Assembly: GCA_963797095.1 (NCBI GenBank)
Contig: CAWCNY010000001.1
Location: forward strand, 96,001-160,000
From: an uncultured Chloroflexia bacterium
GTDB taxonomy: Bacteria; Chloroflexota; Chloroflexia; QHBQ01; JADMIH01
DNA length: 64,000 nt
Direction: 5' to 3'
Part shown: positions 38,996 through 49,963 of the stretch, piece after piece
How the letters are laid out: each line of letters starts with the position of its first letter
Position numbering within the stretch: the first letter of the stretch is position 1
The notes under the pieces: generated by a model
Databases searched by the model: none
Seen by the model: only the letters and a program-made list of their open reading frames with translations
What the model was told of the DNA's origin: nothing
Made by a program: the position numbers and the translations under genes

Positions 38996-39417
38996 ATGCC
39001 GGATTAGTTGGGTAAGATAGTTTGGATCGGGCTGAATAGGTCTAGCAGGCGAGCGCCATCCTGTGGGGTGAGAAATACCTGTACCTCGTCCTCTTCATTC
39101 TGCCCTTCGATAGCTATCCTAAGCATCAGGAACGTGCTGGGTTCCCACACTTATGACAAACTCCGACTGCAAAAGCTCATATTCGCTTTGTATGGATTCC
39201 GTCCACATGGATTGTCTGCTTGGATCATCGACTACGAGTTGCAGAGCATTACTCCAAGCCAAGCGCAGGCGGCTCCATTGTTCTTTTGCCAGGCAAACTT
39301 AAACGTCGGCGCCATGTTCAGCCGTGACAAGGAGGCATATTGATCCCTCCTCAGTGCGGAGCATAAAGAAGACCTTGTCGGAGGAAAAAGCGTCAACAAT
39401 CTCCAGTGTGGCGAAAA

Positions 39418-42273
39418 TCATATATCTTTCGCAATCGAATGCCGGGATGATGCCGGGTAAGCCCCGGACATTGGTAGTGAAGCGATGGGGGGCGGTTGCG
39501 TGCAGGCCTGGATTGTTGAGGGCTGCTGTAGTCCGGATGGGCGCGCCGGCGGCGTGAAGGTTGGCACGGGAGTACAACTCTGCTGCCGCATGGATAGGGT
39601 GTAATCTCCGTAGCAGACGCCACCGGTGCAGAGGGCAGAGCTGGTGCTGTACTGGGTGACTACCACGTAGTAGTAACCTGCCACAACGTTAGCCTGCACC
39701 TGGGAAGCTGAGCCGCAGAAGTCGTCGTTGGCTGCGGTGGCGACGGTACAGCCGTTGGGCACGAAGCCGGGCATCTGTGCCCCACCGGGTGCTTGATAGA
39801 TCGCTACGAAGGTGTCGAAGTTGGCTGACCCTCCGCCCGCAGCGCACAGGCTGGCCATGATGGTGGATGCCGAGGCCTGATTGAATTCGTACACATCGTA
39901 ATGGACACCCGCGCCGGTGGAACTGGTGGTGCAACTGCCACCTTGTGTGAAGGTGTTGGGCCGCTGGAATGTGGGGTCGGTGGTTGTTATGGACCCTGAG
40001 AAGGTGCCCAGGGGTTGGAACGGGCAGGGCGTGGCGGTGGCGGTAGCGGTAAGCGTGGGTGTGGATGTGCGGGTTGGGGTGGCAGTTGGCACGCAGGTTT
40101 GTGTGGTGATCGATAGATTGTAATCACCGTAGCAGAGGCCGCCTGTGCAGAGGGCAGAGCTGGTGCTGTACTGGGTGACTACCACGTAGTAGTAACCTGC
40201 CACAACGTTAGCCTGCACCTGGGAGGCTGAGCCGCAGAAGTCGTCGTTGGCTGCGGTGGCGAGGGTACAGCCGTTGGGCACGAAGCCGGGCATCTGTGCC
40301 CCACCGGGTGCTTGATAGATCGCTATGAAGGTGTCGAAGTTGGCTGACCCTCCGCCCGTAGCGCATAGACTTGCTTGCACTGACTGAGCGGAAGGCACTG
40401 TAAGTTCATATACATCGTAGTGGACACCCGCGCCGGTGGAACTGGTGGTGCAACTGCCACCTTGTGTGAAGGTGTTGGGCCGCTGGAATGTGGGGTCGGT
40501 GGTTGTTATGGACCCGGAGAAGACCAACGAGCATACGGTGCTGGTGGCGGTTGGAGTGTTGGTGGCGGTTGGAGTGTTGGTGGCGGTGGCTGTATGGGTT
40601 GGGCTGTTTGTTGGGGTGGTGGTTGAAGTACTTGTAGAGGTGTTGGTCCGTGTTGGTGTAGGGGTAGAGGTGCTGGTTCTGGTAGGTGTGTTAGTGGGTG
40701 TATTCGTGCTGGTGGCGGTTGATGTGCTGCTCGGTGTGCTGGTGTTAGTCAAGGTCGCGGTAGGGGTGGACGTGCCGGTCCTGGTGGGTGTGTTGGTGGG
40801 CGTATTGGTAAAGGTGCTTGTTGAGGTAACGGTCGGGGTGCCGGTGGGTGTGTTGGTCGCCGTGCTTGTGAGTGTGGGGGTGCGGGTGTGAGTAGCAGTG
40901 GGGGTGGATGTGCTTGTGGAAGTAATGGTAAGTGTGGGGGTGCGGGTGGACGTGCCGGTGCTTGTGGGCGTGTTGGTCGGTGTGTTGGTCGGTGTGTTGG
41001 TGGAGGTAGGGGTGGATGTAGATGTACTGGTGGACGTGTGGGTGGCCGTATGGGTGGCGGTGGCCGTATGGGTGGCGGTCGCGGTGCGTGTGGGGGTCGA
41101 GGTGTTAGTTGGGGTGTTAGACGGTGTATTTGTGATGGTGGGGGTATGAGTGCTGGTGTTTGTAGGTGCGGGAGTAATGGTACCGCTTGCTGTGTTTGTG
41201 GGGGTGGGAGTGACGGTGGGAGTGGAAGTTGAAGTCGAGGTGGAAGTGGAGGTGGATGTTGCGGTAAATGTCGACGCGGAAGTGGGGGTGGAGGTGCTGG
41301 TGGGAGCGGCGGTAATGACGGGGGTGCCGGTGGGCAGGATGTTCGGAGTGGGTGTGTATGTTGCGGTGTTGGTGGGGGTGCCGGTGGGCGTGGGGGTGCC
41401 GGTTGGTTGTAGGGTGAAGGTTGCCGATGGAGCTACAGCCAGAGTGGGGGTCGGGGTGGGGGTTAGCGCGGGGCAAAGCCCGAAGGTGTTGACCACTATT
41501 TTGGAGGTCTGGCCCCTGGTTACATCGCTGGTCCACCTGAAGTAGGGGCGGTTGTCGGGGGGCACGCAGGGCTCGCCGGGGCTACCGCATGGGTAGCCTT
41601 GCATGATGTTCCTCTCGGCGAGGTTTTCGATCCAGAGGTAGAAGGGGTTGCCCGGAGGCACATCTTCGAAGATGTGGGCGGTGACAGGCTGGTTGAAGCC
41701 GGCACTTTCGGCGACTATTTTGGAGAGCTGCCCTCTGGTGGCGTGGTTATTGGACCTGTAGTAGGGGCGGTTGTCGGGGGGCACGCAGGGCTCGCCCGGA
41801 CCGCTGCATGGGTAGCCGCTGATGACGCCACGTTCGGCGAGGTCCTGGATGTAGATGTAGAAGGTGCTGCCGGGCGGGATGTCTTCGAAGAGTTGGGGGC
41901 CGCCTGGGGAGCCGCCAAAGCCGGCGGCGAGGTCGACGATCTTGGCTATCTGACCTCTTGTGACGGGGTTGTTGGGCCGGAAGGTGCCATCGGGGTAGCC
42001 CTGGACGATGCCCTGGCACGCGAGGCAGGTGATGAAGGTGTAGAAGGTGTGATCGGCGGGTACGTCGGTGAAGGTTGGGCAAGCGCCCGCGGGATCGGTT
42101 TGGTAGCTGACGGTGCGAATAGAGGCCGGAGTCTTGCCTTGCACCGTGCCTGCCCAGAGCGCGCCGGCCAGGAGAAAGAGCAAGGCATCGACCAGGAGAA
42201 AAGTAGCCAGGATCTCTCGGCGGAGGTGCGATGACCGAGGGGCCGCAGGGTAGGCAAAGAGTGGCTGTCTCAT
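39418..42273 (-). CDS. S-layer homology (SLH) domain surface protein with long Thr/Pro linker and duplicated Cys-rich C-terminal domain
   Basis: Three SLH repeats ([22 protein letters not shown]); TPT linker; two near-identical [15 protein letters not shown]...CYGDY domains. Confidence 0.88.
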   Translation of the reverse strand: MRQPLFAYPAAPRSSHLRREILATFLLVDALLFLLAGALWAGTVQGKTPASIRTVSYQTDPAGACPTFTDVPADHTFYTFITCLACQGIVQGYPDGTFRPNNPVTRGQIAKIVDLAAGFGGSPGGPQLFEDIPPGSTFYIYIQDLAERGVISGYPCSGPGEPCVPPDNRPYYRSNNHATRGQLSKIVAESAGFNQPVTAHIFEDVPPGNPFYLWIENLAERNIMQGYPCGSPGEPCVPPDNRPYFRWTSDVTRGQTSKIVVNTFGLCPALTPTPTPTLAVAPSATFTLQPTGTPTPTGTPTNTATYTPTPNILPTGTPVITAAPTSTSTPTSASTFTATSTSTSTSTSTSTPTVTPTPTNTASGTITPAPTNTSTHTPTITNTPSNTPTNTSTPTRTATATHTATATHTATHTSTSTSTSTPTSTNTPTNTPTNTPTSTGTSTRTPTLTITSTSTSTPTATHTRTPTLTSTATNTPTGTPTVTSTSTFTNTPTNTPTRTGTSTPTATLTNTSTPSSTSTATSTNTPTNTPTRTSTSTPTPTRTNTSTSTSTTTPTNSPTHTATATNTPTATNTPTATSTVCSLVFSGSITTTDPTFQRPNTFTQGGSCTTSSTGAGVHYDVYELTVPSAQSVQASLCATGGGSANFDTFIAIYQAPGGAQMPGFVPNGCTLATAANDDFCGSASQVQANVVAGYYYVVVTQYSTSSALCTGGLCYGDYNLSITTQTCVPTATPTRTSTPTLTATATATPCPFQPLGTFSGSITTTDPTFQRPNTFTQGGSCTTSSTGAGVHYDVYEFNQASASTIMASLCAAGGGSANFDTFVAIYQAPGGAQMPGFVPNGCTVATAANDDFCGSASQVQANVVAGYYYVVVTQYSTSSALCTGGVCYGDYTLSMRQQSCTPVPTFTPPARPSGLQQPSTIQACTQPPPIASLPMSGAYPASSRHSIAKDI
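39611..40520. repeat. Internal domain duplication (~390-bp units, ~519-bp offset)
   Basis: About 39611-40000 vs 40130-40520 share long identical stretches such as GCAGAGGGCAGAGCTGGTGCTGTACTGGGTGACTACCACG. Confidence 0.85.
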
Positions 42274-42770
42274 AGGTGAGCTCCTGGGGTGCTGCAACTG
42301 TCGATAGCCGAAACGAAGAGCGGGTTTTGTTGGAAGGTGAAAGACTTTGTGACTACTGGTGTTTGTAGCCATGCTGGTGAAAGGTCCCAGGCAAAGCGAT
42401 TCGACCTGCATCTAAAGTCAATAGACCGGGAGCTGGAATGGTGCGCGTGGCCAGCGCGACACGAGCAGAGACGAACACCCCAAGTATAGCAGGGCGCTGG
42501 GCCAGGCGCAATAGGTTGGCGCTAACGATCTGTATTTCGTTGCCTGCGGATCTACTTTTCTGGAGGCGGATCAGCCCGTTATACTATGAGAAATCAGGGT
42601 TTTCTGCGTGCGCTTTTGTGAAGTAAGCCCAGCTATATTGTGGATCATGATCCTTACTGTGTCTACTGCGTTGGAGCGATCCCTGTTTCTTTTGTGTCCA
42701 CTTCTCCGCAGATAGACCGATCCTTTATACTACGAAAAAGTGATTTAGATACTCAGGTAGGAGTACAGCT

Positions 42771-43388
42771 ATGGCGATTGACTTAGGGGCACCGGAGTTG
42801 CGCATTGTGGCTGCCGATAACGATACAATCCTCGATCTTGATGCTATGCAGGGGTTGTGGACCGAGGAGCAGTATCTGCGGCTGACCGATCATAGTCACC
42901 GGTTGCTTGAGTTTTCAGATGGCTCTATCGAGGTGTTGCCGATGCCTACGGACAAACATCAGGTTATATCTCGGTTCCTGCTGCTGGCCTTCCTGCCATT
43001 CATAGAGAAATTGGGCGGAACTATCCTGTACGCGCCGATTCGGTTACGGATACGAGAGGGGAAGTATCGCGAACCGGACCTTCTCTTGATGTTAGATGCC
43101 GATGATCCCCGCAGGCAAGACGCTTACTGGCTGGGAGCCGACCTGGTTGTTGAGATCGTCAGCCCGGACGATCCTGAGCGGGATACGAGGGTGAAGCGCA
43201 GAGAGTACGCGCAGGCCGGAATACCGGAATATTGGATAGTGAACCCACAGGATGAGAGTGTGACTGTGCTACGCTTGGCGGGTAGTCGCTACGCTGAGCA
43301 CGGCACCTATCGGCGGGGTGACACCGCTAACTCCGCGCTTCTAGCGGGCTTCACGCTGTCTGTGAGCGATTTGTTCGATGCTCGTTGA
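42771..43388 (+). CDS. Uma2 family (DUF820) endonuclease
   Basis: LEFSDGSI, PTDKHQ, REPDL, DLVVEIVSP, KRREYAQAGIPEYWIVNP. Confidence 0.95.
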   Translation: MAIDLGAPELRIVAADNDTILDLDAMQGLWTEEQYLRLTDHSHRLLEFSDGSIEVLPMPTDKHQVISRFLLLAFLPFIEKLGGTILYAPIRLRIREGKYREPDLLLMLDADDPRRQDAYWLGADLVVEIVSPDDPERDTRVKRREYAQAGIPEYWIVNPQDESVTVLRLAGSRYAEHGTYRRGDTANSALLAGFTLSVSDLFDAR

Positions 43389-44521
43389 TGGATTGAGGGA
43401 GCAGTTGTAGCAGAAGCGGCCTTCTGAGTGGGTGGCTTGGCATTCGAGGCAGTTCCACATAGTGAGACTCGTTTTCTTGAGTAATCTTCAGGCTACTCTA
43501 GAAAGTGCCAACTCAAAGCAAATCTCCCAACTGCTTCTGCCATCTAAAGGGAACTCTCCCTCTGCCTATGGTGATACTAGCACTAGCATATATGATGTTT
43601 TCTACTACTTGTACGGAGTCACCATTAGGATCATAAACCTCAACTTTCGCATTTTTCACGTCAAAAACGGACTCGTCTCTAGCACTAATCGAACAGGTAC
43701 CGCTGGCATAGACCTTGACCTCAACGCGCGGTGCATCCCCTAACCTGATCGTCCTGAATGCTCGGTAATTTAGACTATAACTTGTGGCTAGGATATCGGT
43801 ATTCTCTGTGAGGAAAGGCGATATCTTATGCTCAGTTATCTCCTGCAATTCGAATCCAAGAGTTGAATCAGTCTTCGAGAGCTTTTTGCTCATATCTTGG
43901 AGGTGAGTTCTGATAATGCGATCAATCTGCGTGGCAATCCGCTCAAGATTGAGGGTAGGAATTTGTTCTCTCAGTGCCTCCAAATAGGTCGCAAGTTCGT
44001 AGTAAACCACAACGCCACCTCCAGCACTGGCGATATCATCTCTCAAATTTTGAGCCAACCCTTTTCTTGGATCCCTATCCTGGAAGAACGCCTTGTCTTC
44101 TGTGACAAAAACGACCTCAAATGAACGCGCGAGTTCAAGAATCGCTTCCCATATTGCCAAATCTTTGAACTGCTGATTCTTAAATCCATTTGGTGGGCTT
44201 TCTTCCATTACTCGCCTGAGTGAGGATTCAGCGTGTTCAAAAGTAAATGGAATGCGTACAATTCTGACCCGTTCCTCAATAAAGTCAAGTCTAGTCTGGA
44301 CGCTCTGCTTCAAGTCCTCATCTGTTGGTACTATATAGTCATCTCTCGAACCCATCAGCATAGTAATTGTTTCGAAGTTGTCTTTGATTTTTTCTACGGC
44401 ATCATGCCCAGCCAGAATCGCATCTCTATCTTTGCACATTTCAAAGTGAATGATTGAAGGCATAGGGCCTATCGGGTATAAGAGGGTTGCGAACACCAAT
44501 CCTTACCCGAGGAGGACCACT

Positions 44522-46059
44522 ATGCCTACCCCCATTATATGCGCCGATGGGAGCGTGCGCTACTTCGCCCAGACCTTCCGTCACTGCTTCAGCAAGCCTC
44601 AATTCCAGTACTTTGTTACCGTACTGCTGGCTCTGCTGTTGTGCATGGAAGCTCGTACCCTGTGTGGACTGCACCGTGCTGTGTGCGGAGGCGGAGTACG
44701 CACCCGCGCTCGCGCTTACTGTGGCCTGAGCCGCTTCTTGAGCCGCGCTCCTTGGGAAGGGCAGGCTGTTGTGGCTGCCTGGTGTGCCCGTTTCCGAGCA
44801 CAACTTGCCCCCCAGGTAGCCCAAGAGCGTGCCACCTTGCGTAGTCACCACCGACGCTACACCGGTCGGGGTCGTAAGGGTCGCCTTCCTGCTCGTGTAA
44901 CCTCTGTGACCGGTTCTTGATTGGAGACGACTCCACCATGCACAAGCCCAAAGGCCGCAAGATGGCTGGGATAGGCCGCCACTTCTCCTCGACGGTGGGG
45001 CACCCGGTGCAAGGGCACAACATGTTGACCACCCTGTATGTGTTGCCTACGTTGGATAGGTGCTGTCCCCAGGCTCCTTGTCTGTATCGGCAGCGAGAGG
45101 TCTGTGAGCGAGAGGGTGTGCCCTTCAAGAGCAAGGTTGACCTGCTGGTGGAGCAGATTGAGAGTTTCGAGCCGGTGGAAGGGACCGACACCCATGTGCT
45201 GGTGGACAGTTGGTTTGGGTGCAAGGCGGTATGGAAGGCGGCTCGGCAGCGAGCCTTCCATATTACCAGTGGGCTGAAAGCCAATCGCTCCATCCGAGTA
45301 GAGCAGCTTGTCGGCGGTACGAGTGCCGCCAGTGCCGCCAGTGCCGCCAGTGCCGCCAGTGCCGCCAGTGCCGCCAGTGCCGCCAGTGCCGCCAGTGCCG
45401 CCAGTGCCGCCAGTGCCGCCAGTGCCGCCAGTGCCGCCAGTGCCGCCAGTGCCGCCAGTGCTGCAGACTGGTGTTGGCAGCCTCTGCCGGAATATGTGGC
45501 GGGCTTGAGCGAGGCCGATTACGTGCTGGTACGCTGGCCCAGAAGCGAACTCGGTTGCGGTCGCGATGCCGATGCCAAAGGGGAGGTGAGCACTGTGTAC
45601 GCGCATGCGATTACCACAATGGTGCGTAAGCTGTACAAGTGCCAGGTGCTGGTAGTGAGGCACAGCCTGGGTGCTCCTGTGTCCGAGACCAGATACTGGG
45701 CATCGAGTGACTTGGGGGCAAGTGTGGAGCAGTTGCTGCAATATGTAGCGGCACGCTGGGACATCGAGGTGCTGTTTGCCGACTGCAAGGAGTTGATGGG
45801 GCTTGACCACTACCAAGTGATGAGCGCCCCGGCTATCGAGCGGTTCTGGACGTTGGTGTTGGCGGCGTACCTGCTCTTGGACGAGGAGCGTGCCCGTTTG
45901 CAGGCCACCACGACCGAGACTGAACATGTTCGTGTGACCATCGGGGATGCGCGCCGAGAAATGCAGCGAGTGCATCGGCGGCACTTGCTGGATTGGCTGC
46001 ATAAGCAGTTTGTGGCGGGTGTTGCTCAGGAGCATCTGTATGACCTATTCGCCGCTTGA
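44522..46059 (+). pseudogene. IS701-family DDE transposase, frameshifted near 44914
   Basis: F.HCFSKPQFQYFVTVL N-terminus; IGDDS, VDSWF, RWDIEVLFADCKELMG; one missing T turns VTGFLIGDDS into VTGS*. Confidence 0.88.
45322..45465 (+). repeat. 9-bp tandem repeat (AGTGCCGCC)15 plus one degenerate unit, in frame in the transposase
   Basis: Direct count; encodes (SAA)16. Confidence 0.95.
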
Positions 46060-46370
46060 CGGGCCAGTTCTAAAATCTGCAAAGATAGAGATCGCATGTT
46101 TGATAACTTCTTGCTCGATAATAGTCGGCAATCCAAATATACCTTTCATTCGCATTAGTGCATACATCAAGGCTGGACCTAATCCGGTCCTCAGTAGCCT
46201 TGTGCTAAGCCACACGTTTGCATCCAATACTACACAGGAAGGTTTCCGATGGTCTCGATCCTCAAATTCAACACTACGAACCATACCCTTCCCCCAAAAT
46301 GCTACTAGTTGGTACTCTACTTTCGGTCCCAAGGATTATCAACGATAAGCATTCAGGCGCGAGAGTTGGG

Positions 46371-47501
46371 CTAAATCGCCTGGCCGATCATGCGTTTGCC
46401 CCTGGCTTTTTCGGTGGGGGCGTGGAGTAGCCCGGCGCGTTCGAGTAGGTAGTAATAGGATTCGCGGTCGGTGTTGTGGAGGACGGCGAACTGGTGGGCG
46501 AGGGTTAGGGCGTTGGGATAGCCTTTGCCGAGGACGGATTGGTGGAGGATGATCTCTATGGTGCGCTCTAGCTGGCCTTGCTGGGCCACCCAGAGGGGGA
46601 ATTCGAGGCGGGCGATCTCGTACTGGGTGCCGAGGTAGGCGAAGGTTAGCTCTTTGGCGATGCCGGAGTTTTCGGAGACGAGGTAGGTGAAGACGGCCTC
46701 GAAGAGGGGGGATAGCTCGCCGTCGTCGAGGAGGGTCCAGAACAGGTCGGCGTCGTTGATGCTCCAGAGGGGGGAGCAGGTGCACGGCTCGGTGGGGCGC
46801 TGCTCGTGGGGGGTGGGCTGCTCGCAGGCGAGGAGGCGGATGGCGCGCATGACCATGCCGGAGTCGGGGCGTGAGATGTAGCCGACGACGGGGACGGAGA
46901 TGCGCTCGAAGTCGCGGAGGACCTGGAGGTAGTCGGCCATTAGCTCGGAGACGGCCCGTTCGTTGGAGAGCATGTAGACAAGCTGCATCAGGGAACCGTC
47001 GAGGAGGGCCACGTCGGCGCGGTACTGGCGGGACCAGTTGTATAGCTCGCGCAGCTCGTGGAGGGCGCAGCGCGCGCCGAGGACGCGGGCGGAGTAGAGT
47101 TCTTCGCTGTCGGCGGGGAGCTCGGGGTAGTGGGTGGGGGTGTTGTCGATCTCGGCGGAGGGGAGGTGGCCGTACTGGATCATGACGCGGCCCACGTTGA
47201 TGAGGTAGCAGAGAGCGCCGCGGTGCTTGTCGGGAGCGATGAAGGAGGAGTCGGTGGCGACTACGCGGTAGGAGGGAGGGTGGGGGGCATGCTGGGGGAA
47301 GGTGTGGAGGGGGGAGAGGGGGGCGGCTACCCAGCGGCGGGCGGCAGCATCGCGCACCCGAAGCTCCCATTCGGTTTCGCCGACGGCGTTGTAGATGCGG
47401 CGGGCAAGCTCGATGGCTTCGGCGCGGGCGTTGGCCTCGGCCTGGGAACCGGATTTGGACTGTTCGATCTGGTGGGCTACTTCGGCGGCGTTGAAAGGCA
47501 T
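46371..47501 (-). CDS. nurA: NurA nuclease (DNA double-strand break repair)
   Basis: VVATDSS, ALLDGSL, VGYISRP, RLEFPLW, GKGYPNALTLAH motifs. Confidence 0.9.
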   Translation of the reverse strand: MPFNAAEVAHQIEQSKSGSQAEANARAEAIELARRIYNAVGETEWELRVRDAAARRWVAAPLSPLHTFPQHAPHPPSYRVVATDSSFIAPDKHRGALCYLINVGRVMIQYGHLPSAEIDNTPTHYPELPADSEELYSARVLGARCALHELRELYNWSRQYRADVALLDGSLMQLVYMLSNERAVSELMADYLQVLRDFERISVPVVGYISRPDSGMVMRAIRLLACEQPTPHEQRPTEPCTCSPLWSINDADLFWTLLDDGELSPLFEAVFTYLVSENSGIAKELTFAYLGTQYEIARLEFPLWVAQQGQLERTIEIILHQSVLGKGYPNALTLAHQFAVLHNTDRESYYYLLERAGLLHAPTEKARGKRMIGQAI

Positions 47502-47760
47502 GGTTGGATTTCGGATTTTCGATTTCGGATTGCGGATTTATTGTTTGATTTTTGATTTTGGTACAGGAAGGGTTGGTGATTGGCGCGAAGGGCTTTGTTT
47601 TGTTTGCACCGCAGAGGGGTAGAGGGCGCGGAGGGTTGAAGAGGATTGGGATTGTATGGAAGTACAGTACAATAGTTCGGGGGGAGTGGGCAAGTTTTTC
47701 CACTTCCTGTTCGGGTTTCGGCCTGTGAGATAGGATTATAGGGGCATTTTGCAGGCTCAA

Positions 47761-48261
47761 TCAGGGGGTGTTGGGGTGGTTACGTTTGAGGCGGGGGAAC
47801 CAGCGGGGAACCTGGGATTTGTAGGTGAGATAGGCGGGGCCGAAGCGTTCTTCGAGGCCGGGTTCTTCGGAGAGGATGAAGTAGGCGTGGTTGAGCGTGA
47901 AGACGAAGAGCGCCCAGATGGCGATGGGCCAGGAGCCGAAGAAGAGGGATTCGCCGATTAGCATGGTGATGACGCCGCTGATCATGGGGTTGCGGACGTA
48001 GCGGTAGGGACCCGCGGCGACGAGGGACTGGGTGGGGTCCCATGGGGCGAGGGTGCCGCGACCTACGCGGGCGAAGAGGGTTACGCACCAGAGGAAGAGG
48101 GCAAAGCCCGCGGCGAATATTAGCAGGCCGAGTATGCGCGCGGGCCATTCGATGAGGTTATTGGTCCAGCGCGATTCTGCGGGCGCGAGGAGCCCCCACG
48201 GGATCAGCACGACCACCGTGAAGGGTAGGAGCAATATCGCGAGCAGATGACGGAGTATCAT
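47761..48261 (-). CDS. Isoprenylcysteine carboxylmethyltransferase/PEMT family membrane protein
   Basis: GRGTLAPWDP, GPYRYVRNPM, EEPGLEERFG.AY.TY...VPRW. Confidence 0.92.
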   Translation of the reverse strand: MILRHLLAILLLPFTVVVLIPWGLLAPAESRWTNNLIEWPARILGLLIFAAGFALFLWCVTLFARVGRGTLAPWDPTQSLVAAGPYRYVRNPMISGVITMLIGESLFFGSWPIAIWALFVFTLNHAYFILSEEPGLEERFGPAYLTYKSQVPRWFPRLKRNHPNTP

Positions 48262-48986
48262 CTTCTAGCCATGGATTCTGGCTCCTTGATGCAGGTGTAG
48301 GCGGCGCGGACATGGAGGCGGTCGCGCTCGGTATGGAGAATCCGGAAGCCTGCCTGGGCGAGCATCGGTTCGAGGAGCCAGTTGAAGGTGCTGTATTCTT
48401 CTTGGAGGTGGGTTTCCAGCTCGGGGCGGGTCCAGCCGAGGTCGGGAGTGGGGCTGGCGTTGGCGAGCCAGGCTTCGATTGCGGAGGGGGCTTCGGTGGG
48501 GGTGAAGGAGTAGATGAGGTCGCGGAGGAAGAAGACGCCGCCCGGTTGGAGGATGTCGGCGATGCGCCGGAGGGCGATGGCCTTCCAGAAGTCGGGCAGA
48601 TGGTGGAGGGCGTGGCGGGAGTAGACGAAGGCGGCGGGGTCGCCGTGATGCTGATAGGTGAGGAAGCCGCCCTGGACGCATTCGACGTTGTCGATGCGAA
48701 GTTGGGCGGCTTTTTCGCGCAGGGCCGCGAGCATGACGGGGGAGATATCGACGGCTACGACGCGGCGGCAGAGCGGGGCGACGGCCAGGGCGAAGGTGCC
48801 TGTGCCCGCGCCGAGGTCTACGAGGGTGTGGGTGCTGTTGAGGCCGAGGTCGCACAGGATGGCGAGGTCTTCGGCGGGGTCGGTGGCGGCTTTGGCGTCA
48901 TAGGTGGGGACGTAGGTTGGCTCGAGGTGCTCAGGGCCCGCGTGGGAAAGCTCGTCTGGGAACCAGGAAGGGGATGGCGTGTTCAT
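48258..48986 (-). CDS. Class I SAM-dependent methyltransferase
   Basis: VDLGAGTG motif I, VVAVDIS, ALHHLPD, LQPGG; ATG at 48986 overlaps the upstream stop. Confidence 0.9.
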   Translation of the reverse strand: MNTPSPSWFPDELSHAGPEHLEPTYVPTYDAKAATDPAEDLAILCDLGLNSTHTLVDLGAGTGTFALAVAPLCRRVVAVDISPVMLAALREKAAQLRIDNVECVQGGFLTYQHHGDPAAFVYSRHALHHLPDFWKAIALRRIADILQPGGVFFLRDLIYSFTPTEAPSAIEAWLANASPTPDLGWTRPELETHLQEEYSTFNWLLEPMLAQAGFRILHTERDRLHVRAAYTCIKEPESMARR

Positions 48987-49942
48987 TGGAGTACCTGCGG
49001 GTTGATGATGTTGGTGGGGTGGCCGGAGGCGAAGGCGTTGATCTGGTCGAAGGCTGCGCCGAAGTATAACTCGTAGCTGTCTTCTTCTACGTAGCCGAGG
49101 TGGGGGGTGCAGATGGCGTTGGGGAGGTGGAGGAGGGGGTGGTCGGTTAGAGGCTCGGACTGGTAGACATCGACGGCGCCGAAGCCGGGACGCCCTGATT
49201 TGAGGGCGGCTTCGAGAGCACCGGGGGCGATTAGCTCGGCGCGGGCGGTGTTGACCAGGAGGGCGGTGGGTTTCATGAGGGCGAGATGGTGGGGGGTGAC
49301 TATAGCGCGTGTGTCGTCGGATAGCTTTGCGTGGAGGCAGAGGACATCGGATTGCTCGAAGAGGGTGTCGAGGTCGGGGGCGGTTTGGAAGCCGTCGGAT
49401 CGGGCGCGGGAGAGGGAGCCTTGGCGGCCCCAGGCGATTACGTTCATGCCGAAAGCGCGGCCATAATTGGCGACCACGCTGCCGATCCTGCCATAGCCGA
49501 GGATGCCGAGGGTGCGGCCACGGAGGCCGGTGCCGAGGGTGGTTTGCCAGGTGCCCTGTTTGAGGGCGGCGATCTCCTGGGGGAGGTGGCGCATGGAGGC
49601 GAGGACGAGGGCCCAGGTTAGCTCGGCGGCGGCATGGGGGGAGCCTCCGCCTACGGCCACGGTCACGCGGTGGCGGGTGCAGGCGTCGAGGTCGATGTGG
49701 GGGATGCCGCGGCCTGTCTGGCTGATGAGCTTGAGGTTGGGGAGGAGGGAGAGGAGAGGCTCGGTGATGGCGGTGCGCTCGCGGATGAGGACCAGGGCGT
49801 CGGCCTGGCGGAAGCGAGCGCCGAGGGTGGGGGTGTCTTTTACGGTGTCGTTGTAGATGGTGACGTGGTGGGCGGCGAGCTTGCTGAAGCAATCGAGGGT
49901 GCGGACTGCGTCCTGGTAGTCGTCGGGGATTACTATTTTCAT
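48983..49942 (-). CDS. D-2-hydroxyacid dehydrogenase family protein
   Basis: [43 protein letters not shown]. Confidence 0.93.
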   Translation of the reverse strand: MKIVIPDDYQDAVRTLDCFSKLAAHHVTIYNDTVKDTPTLGARFRQADALVLIRERTAITEPLLSLLPNLKLISQTGRGIPHIDLDACTRHRVTVAVGGGSPHAAAELTWALVLASMRHLPQEIAALKQGTWQTTLGTGLRGRTLGILGYGRIGSVVANYGRAFGMNVIAWGRQGSLSRARSDGFQTAPDLDTLFEQSDVLCLHAKLSDDTRAIVTPHHLALMKPTALLVNTARAELIAPGALEAALKSGRPGFGAVDVYQSEPLTDHPLLHLPNAICTPHLGYVEEDSYELYFGAAFDQINAFASGHPTNIINPQVLQ

Positions 49943-49963
49943 GACGATAGTATAATACTTGCT
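49943..49963. promoter_or_regulatory. Bidirectional overlapping -10 elements for two leaderless genes
   Basis: 21-bp gap; TATAAT (49951-49956, +) 7 nt before the rsmI ATG; TATACT (49954-49949, -) 6 nt before the dehydrogenase ATG. Confidence 0.65.

Larger units (their letters stand above)
44424..46090 (+). mobile_element. IS701-family insertion sequence, 1667 bp
   Basis: TIRs CTCTATCTTTGCA(C/G)ATTT (44424-44441 and 46073-46090, 1 mismatch); 7-bp TSD ATCGCAT (44417-44423, 46091-46097). Confidence 0.92.
43513..46284 (-). pseudogene. PIN-like domain protein interrupted by an IS701-family element
   Basis: N part VVLDANVW...EQEVIKHAI (46284-46091) joins in frame to LAGHDAVEK...QQFKDLAIWE...FVTEDKAF (44416-43513) when the IS and one TSD are removed. 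Confidence 0.88.

Noticed and set aside
44900-44925. Programmed frameshift in the transposase
   Set aside because: No slippery heptamer; a single missing T in VTGFLIGDDS explains it
45322-45465. CRISPR array
   Set aside because: Contiguous 9-bp units without spacers; no cas genes or repeat-spacer array seen in the window
44857-46035. 392-aa antisense ORF with (GGT)n tract
   Set aside because: Shadow of the transposase; the tract is the reverse reading of the VNTR
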